This document shows positions 51,305 to 60,127 of a stretch of 64,000 bases of DNA, piece by piece; position 1 is the stretch's first letter, and every line of letters starts with the position of its first letter. The notes below the pieces were generated by a model, which worked only from the letters and a program-made list of their open reading frames with translations, had not been told where the DNA came from and did no database searches. A program made the translations under genes and the position numbers. Origin of the DNA: a virus; the IMG/VR virus record IMGVR_UViG_3300031963_000075, positions 15,695 through 79,694 of that record, one strand, 5' to 3'.

Positions 51305-52000
51305 TTAATTCTTAATTTTACAAACCCAACCCACTTCTAAAAATGATGTCTCTTTAAGTGGTGTTAAATTATATTTTATATTAGTACCATCTATGTCCGA
51401 ATCCTGTATTTCCATCCAGTTCCAAAAATTGTTTTTCATTTTTTTTTCAAAATACTCTTCGTTTGGTGAATAATCATGTGCCATTATTATATCACCTGTT
51501 TTTAATAATTTAGAAATTAATCTGAATTCATTTTTTTTACTACCTCCATCACATAGAACTAATGTTGTACCTTTTAATTGAATGTACTCTTTTAATTCAT
51601 TCATACATTGATTATCAAAAAAGTCGCTATAGTCAATCAAAAATAAGTTTTTTACTATAAGGGATATCCTTTTTTTTTCTAATCTTTTTTTTGTAAATTC
51701 CGGTATTGAGACATCATAAGATATAAGTTCAGAATCCTTTAAATTATTTAAATCCAATAAGTCCCTAATTATTTCAGTTAACCCACCGTGAAAAGTTCCT
51801 ATTTCTAACACTCTACTTGGTTTATGTAATTTAATTAAATCATTAAATCTATCAACAATATTCGGATTTTGTTCAATTGACAGACCATTGTAACTTACGT
51901 GATTCACAACACCATTACGAAAATTAATATCAAAATAATCGTTTTCAAAACAATTTTTTGTTGAGCATGAAAGTTTATTTTTAATTTCAGTTAAATTCAT
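51305..52000 (-). CDS. Class I SAM-dependent methyltransferase (Methyltransf_24/CmcI-like, probable sugar O-methyltransferase)
   Basis: VLEIGTFHGG, LCDGG, LKTGDIIMAHD. Confidence 0.75.
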   Translation of the reverse strand: MNLTEIKNKLSCSTKNCFENDYFDINFRNGVVNHVSYNGLSIEQNPNIVDRFNDLIKLHKPSRVLEIGTFHGGLTEIIRDLLDLNNLKDSELISYDVSIPEFTKKRLEKKRISLIVKNLFLIDYSDFFDNQCMNELKEYIQLKGTTLVLCDGGSKKNEFRLISKLLKTGDIIMAHDYSPNEEYFEKKMKNNFWNWMEIQDSDIDGTNIKYNLTPLKETSFLEVGWVCKIKN

Positions 52001-53017
52001 TTAAAGAAGTTTTTTCAAGTCTATTCGGTTTATTAAGTATTCAATGTTTGATGGTAAAGTACAGTTTTTATCAAACCAATTTTTAGCATTTTCCGATACA
52101 AAGTTTAAATATTCGTCATTATTTTTCACTCTATTCCATGTTGTAATTAAGTTATTTTTGAAATCGGTGTATGAGTTGTATTTAGGATGTCCATCGAAAG
52201 AATAATCACAGGAATGATAACAACTTATATAATGAAAATTAGGTATTAATGGGTCTGGATAATTAATATTTAAATGAGGTCTAATTACAGGTATCCCTAC
52301 CCCAAAACATTCAATGTCCCTATTACACATTTCATTTCCACCTGGTAGACTTAAAGATACTTTATATTTTGATAAGTCATTCAGATATTCAGTATACTCC
52401 ATATTTTGGTTATCAACATTTTTGTCAATAATAATAATGTCATCTGTTACAATTTCATTTACCATTTTTTTTCTAAAATCCCATAACCACCCCCTAAAAA
52501 AAAGTTTTTTTTCTTTATCTGAGTTTTTGTTTTTTTCATATAAAGAATTCATAAAATCATAACAACAATCAAAATAAGGCCCATAATAAAAAGGTTCATA
52601 AATATTTTTAATGTCATTTGGAAATTTTACATCTAAATTGTTTTTTGTGTTTGTTTTGAATGTATAGTAATCGTAGAAATTAAACCCTCCTGGATAAAAA
52701 AATTGAACCATGTTTTCCGCATCCCAACCTAAGTGAGACATGAAATGGTATTTCCAATTGTCAAAAAAAGAAATTAAAATATATTTTTTATTTTCAGGGT
52801 TCACTATTGAAAAATTCATACAACTATAAATTCCTCCCTGACCGTACTTTTCGTAATTTGTGTCGTTAACAATCTCAAAAGAGAAGTCGTTAAATTTTTT
52901 TTGTAGTTCGGTCAATAATTTATTAAAAAAATTAGTAATATAAAAATCTTTATCCCCAAATCGAATTTGTCTTTGTTCGTTCCTTATATGTAGTTTCATT
53001 TTTTTATAAATTTCCAC
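52001..53017 (-). CDS. GT-B glycosyltransferase (GT90/exostosin-like C-terminal domain)
   Basis: KLFFRG, YLNDLSKYKVSLSLPG, RDIECFGVGIPVI, LIPNFHY, VSENAKNWF; start may be MKLHI at 52999. Confidence 0.65.
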   Translation of the reverse strand: MEIYKKMKLHIRNEQRQIRFGDKDFYITNFFNKLLTELQKKFNDFSFEIVNDTNYEKYGQGGIYSCMNFSIVNPENKKYILISFFDNWKYHFMSHLGWDAENMVQFFYPGGFNFYDYYTFKTNTKNNLDVKFPNDIKNIYEPFYYGPYFDCCYDFMNSLYEKNKNSDKEKKLFFRGWLWDFRKKMVNEIVTDDIIIIDKNVDNQNMEYTEYLNDLSKYKVSLSLPGGNEMCNRDIECFGVGIPVIRPHLNINYPDPLIPNFHYISCYHSCDYSFDGHPKYNSYTDFKNNLITTWNRVKNNDEYLNFVSENAKNWFDKNCTLPSNIEYLINRIDLKKLL

Positions 53018-54251
53018 TTATTCTATTACACCACCCTTTGGATTTACTGTAAGGCCAAACAACCCAATATTTAGGGTTTTCAGTTGTATTAAATTCTCTC
53101 CATATTTTACAATAACCATCAGGGTCTTGTTTCATTCTAAGTATTTCTGAGGTATCTGCGTCTTGTCTATATAAAGTTTCATCTTTTTCGTTATGAAACG
53201 CAACAACCCAAAATTCATAATCATTCTCAGAAACATCATTGAAAGACACATCAATACAATGTTTAAATATCTTTGAGAAACTATCCATCCATTCTTGTTC
53301 ATTTGTATAATCATACGGATTTGGAGGATATTTTTTATCTATAGTATACTGTTGAATTCCTCTTTTTGAGAATAATATACCAGAATATTTTTCGTAATCT
53401 CTTACTGTTCTTTCTGTGCCAAATCCATATTTTCCTAAGTCCCCATCATATTTTTCACCATCTACACCTAACACTTGTCTATTTTTTTTATGACAATTCT
53501 GATTTTTTATAAACCATTGTTTGTCATCATCCCACTGTTTTGTTCTACCTTTTCTTGTATATTCGTGCCAAATTACGGTTTTGTGTGGGTGAAATAAATC
53601 ATAACCATGTGTATATGCTCTTACGGCAATTGATATTTCCTCTCCATGAAAATAGTATTCAGGATCGTGTTGAACCTCATTGGAAAATTCTCCTAATGTA
53701 AAAGCAAAATGCGCAGAATAAAATCTTGCAGGAATTGGTTGTTTAAGAGTTTTCCAATTAGGAATAACTTCAGGTAAAAAGAAAACAACACCTTCAGGTG
53801 TAAATCTATCAAAAACCATTCGCCAAGGTTCATTAACTCTTCCTTGTGGGTCATTGTCAGGGTCAAAAGAAGAAACATAACCCGTTAATAATGGCTTTTT
53901 ATGTCCTTTTTTTTGTAATTGTTTAACCATTTTAATTAATGTGTCATCCCAATTTTTTTCGAATCTCATATGAGAATCCAACTGAAGGGTGTATTCCTCC
54001 CCATTATATAACTGTTGGACTTGATTTCTTGCCCAACAAACACCTGTTGATTCTTGATACGGGACATTTAAAATTCTAAATCTCTTGTCACTCTCATATT
54101 CTGATAAATCATCAAATTTATCTTCAGAATGATATTGTCTACAAATCCCAAATCTTAGGTTTTCAGGTTTTTTAGCTTTATCAATACAATCTTTAATTGT
54201 TGGTATAAGTTGAGGATCTCTATAGGATGCAATTTGAATAAAAATTTTCAT
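53004..54251 (-). CDS. GT60-family polypeptide/hydroxyproline alpha-GlcNAc transferase (Gnt1-like)
   Basis: IFIQIASYRDP, GVCWAR, LQLDSHMRF..WD (DxH), YFHGEE..RAYTHGYDLFHP, WHEY. Confidence 0.85.
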   Translation of the reverse strand: MKIFIQIASYRDPQLIPTIKDCIDKAKKPENLRFGICRQYHSEDKFDDLSEYESDKRFRILNVPYQESTGVCWARNQVQQLYNGEEYTLQLDSHMRFEKNWDDTLIKMVKQLQKKGHKKPLLTGYVSSFDPDNDPQGRVNEPWRMVFDRFTPEGVVFFLPEVIPNWKTLKQPIPARFYSAHFAFTLGEFSNEVQHDPEYYFHGEEISIAVRAYTHGYDLFHPHKTVIWHEYTRKGRTKQWDDDKQWFIKNQNCHKKNRQVLGVDGEKYDGDLGKYGFGTERTVRDYEKYSGILFSKRGIQQYTIDKKYPPNPYDYTNEQEWMDSFSKIFKHCIDVSFNDVSENDYEFWVVAFHNEKDETLYRQDADTSEILRMKQDPDGYCKIWREFNTTENPKYWVVWPYSKSKGWCNRISGNL

Positions 54252-54338
54252 TTTTTATTTAAAATAATAGAGCAACTCATTTTGAAAATAAATGTTACCG
54301 AGATAACGTTTTAGATTTTTGTTTGATAGTAACTATTA

Positions 54339-55547
54339 CTAACTGTTTCTTGACTCTAAGTTTGACACTCTTGTTTTTAAAGACTCTATTTCTGTTGTCA
54401 ACCTTTCTATAATTTTTTGTTGTTCTTTTGTAGATTCAACTAATAATGAAACCATTTCGGAATAACGTATTGTTTTGTAATCTGATATGCCATTGAATGT
54501 TACCGCTTCAGGTAAGAATGATTCTACTTCTTGTGCAATCATACCTATTTGTCTACTTTGGTCATCTACCTCAAAATTTTCAGCGTTTTTATAATTAAAA
54601 TAAACCCCTCTTAAATTTTTAACAATATCTGTTGCACCACTTATTGGTATTATATTTTCCTTCAATCTTACATCAGATGATGTTGTTGTCAGTATTCCTG
54701 TTGTTGCGTTTCTATATAATGCAACGCCAGTGCTCGATACCGTACCTACCGATATTTCTTTATCAACTCTTAATTTTTGTTTGATATACAAACCAGATCC
54801 ACCTATTGTCGGTAAATCCGTTCTTACTGATGGGTAAAAAATCATTTGGTCATTTGTACCACTACCACCAAAACTAGTTAAACCACTTGTCGAACTATTA
54901 TTTATATAAAACGGTTCGTTTGATGAGGTAGAGTTCGCATCAATCTCACTATAATTAGTAAATCTTGTAAATGAAGAATCTACACCGCCTACCGAATCTC
55001 TCACTGTAATTCTAGCAGAATCTGTTGCTGTTTCTATTTGTACTGAGTTAACATTAGGACCTAAATTATATATTGGTGTACCCCCTGACCAATTTATTTT
55101 TATTAAATCATTTGTTCCTAAGACCGCACCAGATCCTGACGAATAAGAAAGTTTAAAAATATTGTTGTCGGACCTATCAACACCAAAGGCGTAAGATGGT
55201 GTAGATGCGGACGTTGATAAAAACCTTATGAATGCATCCTGTGTTGATCCAGTGTCTCTTAATGAAATATTTGGGGACGCTGAATTTTTAGTTAAAATCA
55301 ATGTTGTACCATCAAATTTAGCATTTACTTCACCATTTAAAGTGTTGGGTGATCCAGTTGCGGTAATTAAATTATCGTTAACATTATTATTAATTGTTAT
55401 ACCAGTCAAGAATGTACTTGTAAAAGAACTATAAGGTAACGCTTCAGTTCTACCCGTAGATATAGGATTGTAATTAACGATAGGCATTAGTGAATTAGAA
55501 TAACCTGTCGTTGCAAAAGGGAGTGATGATATTGGTAAATCTGCCAT
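54339..55547 (-). CDS. Fibre protein with C-terminal intramolecular chaperone (peptidase S74)
   Basis: SSDVRLKENI, GMIAQEV..LPEAV, IRYSEMVSLLVESTKEQQ coiled coil; N-terminal MADLPISSLP. Confidence 0.85.
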   Translation of the reverse strand: MADLPISSLPFATTGYSNSLMPIVNYNPISTGRTEALPYSSFTSTFLTGITINNNVNDNLITATGSPNTLNGEVNAKFDGTTLILTKNSASPNISLRDTGSTQDAFIRFLSTSASTPSYAFGVDRSDNNIFKLSYSSGSGAVLGTNDLIKINWSGGTPIYNLGPNVNSVQIETATDSARITVRDSVGGVDSSFTRFTNYSEIDANSTSSNEPFYINNSSTSGLTSFGGSGTNDQMIFYPSVRTDLPTIGGSGLYIKQKLRVDKEISVGTVSSTGVALYRNATTGILTTTSSDVRLKENIIPISGATDIVKNLRGVYFNYKNAENFEVDDQSRQIGMIAQEVESFLPEAVTFNGISDYKTIRYSEMVSLLVESTKEQQKIIERLTTEIESLKTRVSNLESRNS

Positions 55548-55566
55548 AATTTATATATAAATATAT

Positions 55567-56823
55567 TTAAGTAACAATTATTCTTCCACCATCTTCTTGT
55601 AAAATTAAAAACATATTTTCTTGTGCTAAGAATGGTTTCACTATTGGTGATGGAGTTACTGTTGGAGTTACTGTTGGAGTTACTGTTGGTGTAACTGAAA
55701 TTGTAGGTGTAACGGTTGGTGTGGGTGTTGTTGTTGGTGTGACTGAAATTGTAGGTGTAACAGTTGGGGTTATAGTTGGTGTAGGTGTAGAAGTTTTTGT
55801 TGGTGTAACGGTTGGTGTAACTGAAATTGTAGGCGTAACTGTTGGTGTAACTGTAGGAGTAACAGTTGGTGTAACTGTAGGAGTAACTGAAATTGTAGGT
55901 GTTACAGTTGGTGTAGGGGTAGATGTTTTTGTAGGTGTGACAGTTGGTGTAACTGTTGGGGTGGTTGTTGGTGTTAATGAAATTGTAGGTGTAACAGTTG
56001 GTGTAGGAGTAGTAGTCTTTGTTGGTGTAACTGTTGGAGTAGGTGTTGTTGTAACGGTAGGTGTTACAGTTGGTGTAGGTGTAGAAGTTTTTGTTGGTGT
56101 TACTGTTGGTGTTACTGTAGGTGTTACAGTTGGTGTTACAGTTGGTGTAGGTGTAGAAGTTTTTGTTGGTGTGACAGTTGGTGTAACTGTTGGGGTGACT
56201 GAAATTGTAGGTGTAACAGTTGGTGTAGGAGTTGGGGTTTTTGTAGGAGTTGCGGTAGGTGTAACAGTAGGAGTTGCGGTAGGTGTAACGGTTGGTGTAA
56301 CTGTTGGAGTAACAGTTGGTGTGGGTGTTTGTGAAAAACTTGGGTACGGTGGAGTACACCCAAATTCAAAACATAAATCACCTATTCCTAAGTTTAAATT
56401 AATTATATTTGTTGGATTTGTACCACAAGCAAAATAAGTAATTCCACTTGACACCTCAATGTTTGTTTGTTGATTACCAAAACAATCAGTATAATCAAAG
56501 TATCCAGAAACTGTTGAGGTATTCTCAAGTCTCAAACAATAACAAAGATTTGTTGGTGTTGATGTTGGGGATGGGGTTAAAGTAGGTGTAGGTGTTGATG
56601 TTACACAATAATAAGGATGAAATACTTCACAACCTTGATTATCGGTTATTTTAACAATAAAAGAAGTTGACCCATTAAAAGGGAATGGTAAATCAAAAGA
56701 GTAATTAGGAGGTATTGTAACGGAAGAATTCTCAACAACACAGAATGAGTTAGTGATATCACATACCGATATTTCAAAAGGTGGAGTTCCTGTGACACCT
56801 GTAATTACAACTTGTGTTGGCAT
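55567..56823 (-). CDS. Mucin-like Thr/Pro-rich structural protein
   Basis: Two small Cys-containing beta-domains, ~230 aa of TPTV/TPTP repeats, C-terminal LAQENMFLILQEDGGRI motif. Confidence 0.8.
   Translation of the reverse strand: MPTQVVITGVTGTPPFEISVCDITNSFCVVENSSVTIPPNYSFDLPFPFNGSTSFIVKITDNQGCEVFHPYYCVTSTPTPTLTPSPTSTPTNLCYCLRLENTSTVSGYFDYTDCFGNQQTNIEVSSGITYFACGTNPTNIINLNLGIGDLCFEFGCTPPYPSFSQTPTPTVTPTVTPTVTPTATPTVTPTATPTKTPTPTPTVTPTISVTPTVTPTVTPTKTSTPTPTVTPTVTPTVTPTVTPTKTSTPTPTVTPTVTTTPTPTVTPTKTTTPTPTVTPTISLTPTTTPTVTPTVTPTKTSTPTPTVTPTISVTPTVTPTVTPTVTPTVTPTISVTPTVTPTKTSTPTPTITPTVTPTISVTPTTTPTPTVTPTISVTPTVTPTVTPTVTPSPIVKPFLAQENMFLILQEDGGRIIVT
55655..56330. repeat. Degenerate tandem repeats encoding the TPTVTPT.. 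tract
   Basis: Recurrent GTTGGTGTAACT/GTAGGTGT units with synonymous variation. Confidence 0.9.
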
Positions 56824-56851
56824 ACAAATAAATATAAACTCAATTTGAATT

Positions 56852-57109
56852 TTAGCAAGGGTTTATTGTTGTTGTTGGTGTTGGGGATGCACAAGAATAA
56901 AATTCAAATTTTTCACAACTATCGGCATCAACTATTTTATTTAATAACTAACATGAAGTATCTAAAGACGATGGAACCGTAAATGTATAACTTGGTGGAC
57001 ATGAAGTTAATCCCGTTATAAAAACACATAATGTATTTGTAATATCACAAACATAAACATCAAATGGTGTTGTTCCTGTTATATTAGTTATTGTAATATC
57101 GTTTGACAC
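56852..57109 (-). pseudogene. Small paralog of the 56823 N-terminal domain, interrupted by an in-frame TAG
   Basis: GTG start; MSNDITITNITGTTPFDVYVCDITNTLC...LDTSC*LLNKIVDADSCEKFEFYSCASPTPT; similarity continues past TAG at 56948-56950. Confidence 0.65.
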
Positions 57110-57123
57110 TATAAAAAATATTC

Positions 57124-57567
57124 TTACAAACCTAAATAGGTAATTAAATTATGGTATTCAGTTTTTAATGTTTCTCTTTGATCCATTATTGTTTGTGGTA
57201 TTAATTCACCACCTAAAACATATCTTTCTACCGATTCCCTAAGATTAAAAATATTTGATATTTTTTCAGAATATAAAACTCTAATTTTATGTTTTAAAGT
57301 TTCAGATCCAGTAACAGTTAATGTATTATCTTCGTTAATGTTTTCACCATCCAAAATTACATTAAGATATAAATTTTTTATTTCTTCACTAACTGTATTG
57401 TAAATTTCAGGAACTTCTAAAGTTAAATGAAATGAGATATAACCTTCCTTAATAACATAACCTGATACATAGTTTTCTCTGAATTCCTCAATATTATTTT
57501 CATCATAATAAACCACAGTTTTTTTATTTAAAACCGTAATTATTTGGTAATATTTTTCTTTTTTCAT
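57124..57567 (-). CDS. Hypothetical protein, possible fibre assembly chaperone
   Basis: 147-aa ORF directly downstream of a fibre gene. Confidence 0.55.
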   Translation of the reverse strand: MKKEKYYQIITVLNKKTVVYYDENNIEEFRENYVSGYVIKEGYISFHLTLEVPEIYNTVSEEIKNLYLNVILDGENINEDNTLTVTGSETLKHKIRVLYSEKISNIFNLRESVERYVLGGELIPQTIMDQRETLKTEYHNLITYLGL

Positions 57568-57571
57568 TATG

Positions 57572-59302
57572 TTATAATTTTATTTTTAAATTTATCATTG
57601 TAGTTACCGTTGTTGGATTTGTAGTCCATGTTGGTGTAATCCATCTAACTTGTAATTTATCACCACTTGTTACCGATAATGGAGTTCCTAAAACAAAATT
57701 ATTATTAACTGTTGGGCTGAACGATATTCCTGAAACAACCACATTTCTTATTCTTTTACCTTTAGTACCTCCTGGATTAATACTAAACCTAATTTTCATT
57801 TGGTTTGAAGTTGCGGGAACGGTTACTGAAGTTGGGATGTATGGACTCGAGGCCGTTGGTGTTGCGGTAAGACCCGCAGTTGCCCATGTAGAACCGTTAT
57901 CTAACGAATATTCCACCAATACAGGTCCGTCAGTACCTGACCCAAAAGTTGCAATATCTAATGAAACAACTAAAGAAACATAAGACGACCCATCAAATGT
58001 AGGTGATGTTAATGTCGATGTTATTCCTGTAAGTCCGGCATAACTATTAATATATGTTACAAAAACCGATGCCCATCCCGCAGGTTGTGTAGTTCCTAAA
58101 AAAGTTTCGGATAATATGGTAGTAGAACTACCTGATGTAAATTGTAATGTCGATGAAATTGTTTGAGATGTTCCCCCTGATAAATTATTGATTGTCATCG
58201 TTGAGTTTTCATTAGACCCTCCCACGAAATTCGATGATATTATTACCTCAGTTATTAGACCCGTATATTGGCTTACAATGTTCCAAGGATCTCTGTTTGT
58301 TGTACTTGGGGTTAATGTTGATAACGACCCGATATAGTAAGTTGTTGCATCGACAGGATTTAAAGTGCTGTGACCAAATAGCATATTAACAAACGAAGGG
58401 ACATTAAGATACGTTGTTGCCGATATTGTTGGAACATTTAATGTACCTGTCATTGTATCACCACTTTTGTTAACTTTATTATTTTCTAAATTAACTATTG
58501 TGGTACACCCACTTAAAGTTTCACAAGTAAGAGCATTAAAATTACTAAATGGTGTAATCCCATAAGAATAATTTTGTTGTCCTTCAGTAAAAAATGTTAT
58601 TGTGTTTGTCTGAGATCCGGTGTTTGTTGACCTTACTTTAACTAAGATTCTATCCGTAATATCAATAGTACTCCCACTATAATAACCGTCGGTAAGTTCC
58701 ATTGAAGTTGTTGGTGAATATGTTAATACCTCGGATGGTGCGGTTGTAAGTATTAGGGTTTCGGTTCCACCTGTTGTATAAACATATACCTCACAAAATA
58801 CTTCAAAAGAAGCGTTTATTACGTCCTTATATGAGTGTAAGTAAAAACTCCAAACACCCGCAGGTATTTTTGTTGTATTTGGGTAACCTATTGGGGTTAA
58901 AAACGATGCGATTGTTGATGTAACACCACTGTTTATTGTTACCCCTGTTGTTTGTTCCGTTAAATTTGTTCCTATTGGTGAAAATTCTTGATAAGGAGAC
59001 TGTGATTGTGATAGATTTAAATAATAAACTTCACCTCCAGCACCCCCAATAGGTAGTCCTGTAACCGTAAATGATCCTCCTGAATTATTTTTGAATAATA
59101 TTTCACCATTCGTATATGTTCCCCCTGTTACATAAACATCAGAAAAACCACTGAAAACATAATTTTTTATATCTGTTATTTTAGTCGATTTGGTAACACC
59201 AGAGGGGACTTGAAGATTTTCAATAACCAACAAATCATTTGAGGTAAATCCAGTGTAATTTACATATGGTAATTGTGTTATCGTTTTTCCTGTAAGCGGC
59301 AT
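57572..59302 (-). CDS. Fibre/appendage protein (Thr/Ser/Gly-rich, C-terminal jelly-roll-like domain)
   Basis: N-terminal GKTITQLP, DVYVTGGTY, VNKSGDTMTGTL fibre motif, VEYSLDNGSTW. Confidence 0.7.
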   Translation of the reverse strand: MPLTGKTITQLPYVNYTGFTSNDLLVIENLQVPSGVTKSTKITDIKNYVFSGFSDVYVTGGTYTNGEILFKNNSGGSFTVTGLPIGGAGGEVYYLNLSQSQSPYQEFSPIGTNLTEQTTGVTINSGVTSTIASFLTPIGYPNTTKIPAGVWSFYLHSYKDVINASFEVFCEVYVYTTGGTETLILTTAPSEVLTYSPTTSMELTDGYYSGSTIDITDRILVKVRSTNTGSQTNTITFFTEGQQNYSYGITPFSNFNALTCETLSGCTTIVNLENNKVNKSGDTMTGTLNVPTISATTYLNVPSFVNMLFGHSTLNPVDATTYYIGSLSTLTPSTTNRDPWNIVSQYTGLITEVIISSNFVGGSNENSTMTINNLSGGTSQTISSTLQFTSGSSTTILSETFLGTTQPAGWASVFVTYINSYAGLTGITSTLTSPTFDGSSYVSLVVSLDIATFGSGTDGPVLVEYSLDNGSTWATAGLTATPTASSPYIPTSVTVPATSNQMKIRFSINPGGTKGKRIRNVVVSGISFSPTVNNNFVLGTPLSVTSGDKLQVRWITPTWTTNPTTVTTMINLKIKL

Positions 59303-59331
59303 TTTTATTTTTTTTATAAATAGTTTATAAT

Positions 59332-60123
59332 TTAATATTTTAAATATTCATCTTCACCAGTAATAATGTAGAAAATATCATTAGTCAATATTGCATCTAT
59401 TATTATTTGTTCTGATGTTGGGGTAACAGTAGGTGTTATAGTAGGAGTATTAGTAACAGTAGGTGTTATAGTAGGTGTTATAGTAGGCGTTATAGTAGGA
59501 GTATTAGTAACAGTAGGCGTTATAGTAGGAGTATTAGTAACAGTAGGAGTTATAGTAGGAGTATTAGTAACAGTAGGAGTATTAGTAACAGTAGGAGTAT
59601 TAGTGACAGTAGGTGTTATAGTAGGAGTTGGGGTACATCCACATGGATTTGTACAAGTTTGAGTTGGTTTAGGAGTTTTACTTGGTTTAGGTGTGTTCGA
59701 TGGTTTTGGACAACCACATGGGTTTGTACAAGTTTCCGTAGGTGTTGGTGTTAGTGTTGGGGTAATTGTCGGTGTTGTTGTCACACTAGGTGTAGGTGTA
59801 GGTACTTTACAAGGGTCTAATGAAGGTGTAGGTGTTAGTGTAGTTGTTGGTGTAGGGGTTGGTGTCTTGGTCAAAGTCAATGTAGGTGTTGGTGTAGGTG
59901 TTGATCTAGGAACGTTTAAAATATTCAAACACTGACCATCCTCAACTAAAATAGTATAAGTTCCATAAACCTGTCTTGATGGGTTAAGTTCATTAGGATA
60001 AAAAACAAAAGGTAAAGTCACAAACCCCAAATTTAGGGTAATATTATCATTGTCTGGTTTAAATAAAACATTTACAGTTTTACCTTCAAAATTTTTACTA
60101 TTAATTGTTATACTTAGTGACAT
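59332..60123 (-). CDS. Mucin-like Thr/Pro-rich structural protein with CTNPCGC repeats
   Basis: Likely start MSLSIT at 60123; [10 protein letters not shown] repeats; C-terminal [19 protein letters not shown]. Confidence 0.8.
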   Translation of the reverse strand: MSLSITINSKNFEGKTVNVLFKPDNDNITLNLGFVTLPFVFYPNELNPSRQVYGTYTILVEDGQCLNILNVPRSTPTPTPTLTLTKTPTPTPTTTLTPTPSLDPCKVPTPTPSVTTTPTITPTLTPTPTETCTNPCGCPKPSNTPKPSKTPKPTQTCTNPCGCTPTPTITPTVTNTPTVTNTPTVTNTPTITPTVTNTPTITPTVTNTPTITPTITPTITPTVTNTPTITPTVTPTSEQIIIDAILTNDIFYIITGEDEYLKY

Positions 60124-60127
60124 TTTA

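Noticed and set aside
44177-54251. Oxygenase + glycosyltransferases + methyltransferases as a DNA hypermodification pathway
   Set aside because: The enzymes resemble protein/glycan-acting families (GT60, HtrL, FkbM), no nucleotide-modifying genes are adjacent, and the context is appendage genes. Disfavoured but not excluded, as the oxygenase abuts the polymerase.
55487-56359. 290-aa Tyr/Thr/Asn-rich ORF overlapping the mucin-like gene in another frame
   Set aside because: Shifted reading of ACN-CCN-GTN repeats gives NAC/NCC/NGT codons that cannot be stops, so the open frame is a by-product
55721-56437. Antisense (VGVT)n ORF, likewise 59693..59935 and 14489..14758
   Set aside because: Mirror images of low-complexity repeats on the coding strand; no independent signals
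54339-59302. Diversity-generating retroelement or invertible fibre cassette
   Set aside because: No reverse transcriptase, recombinase, template/variable repeat pair or flanking inverted repeats seen in the window
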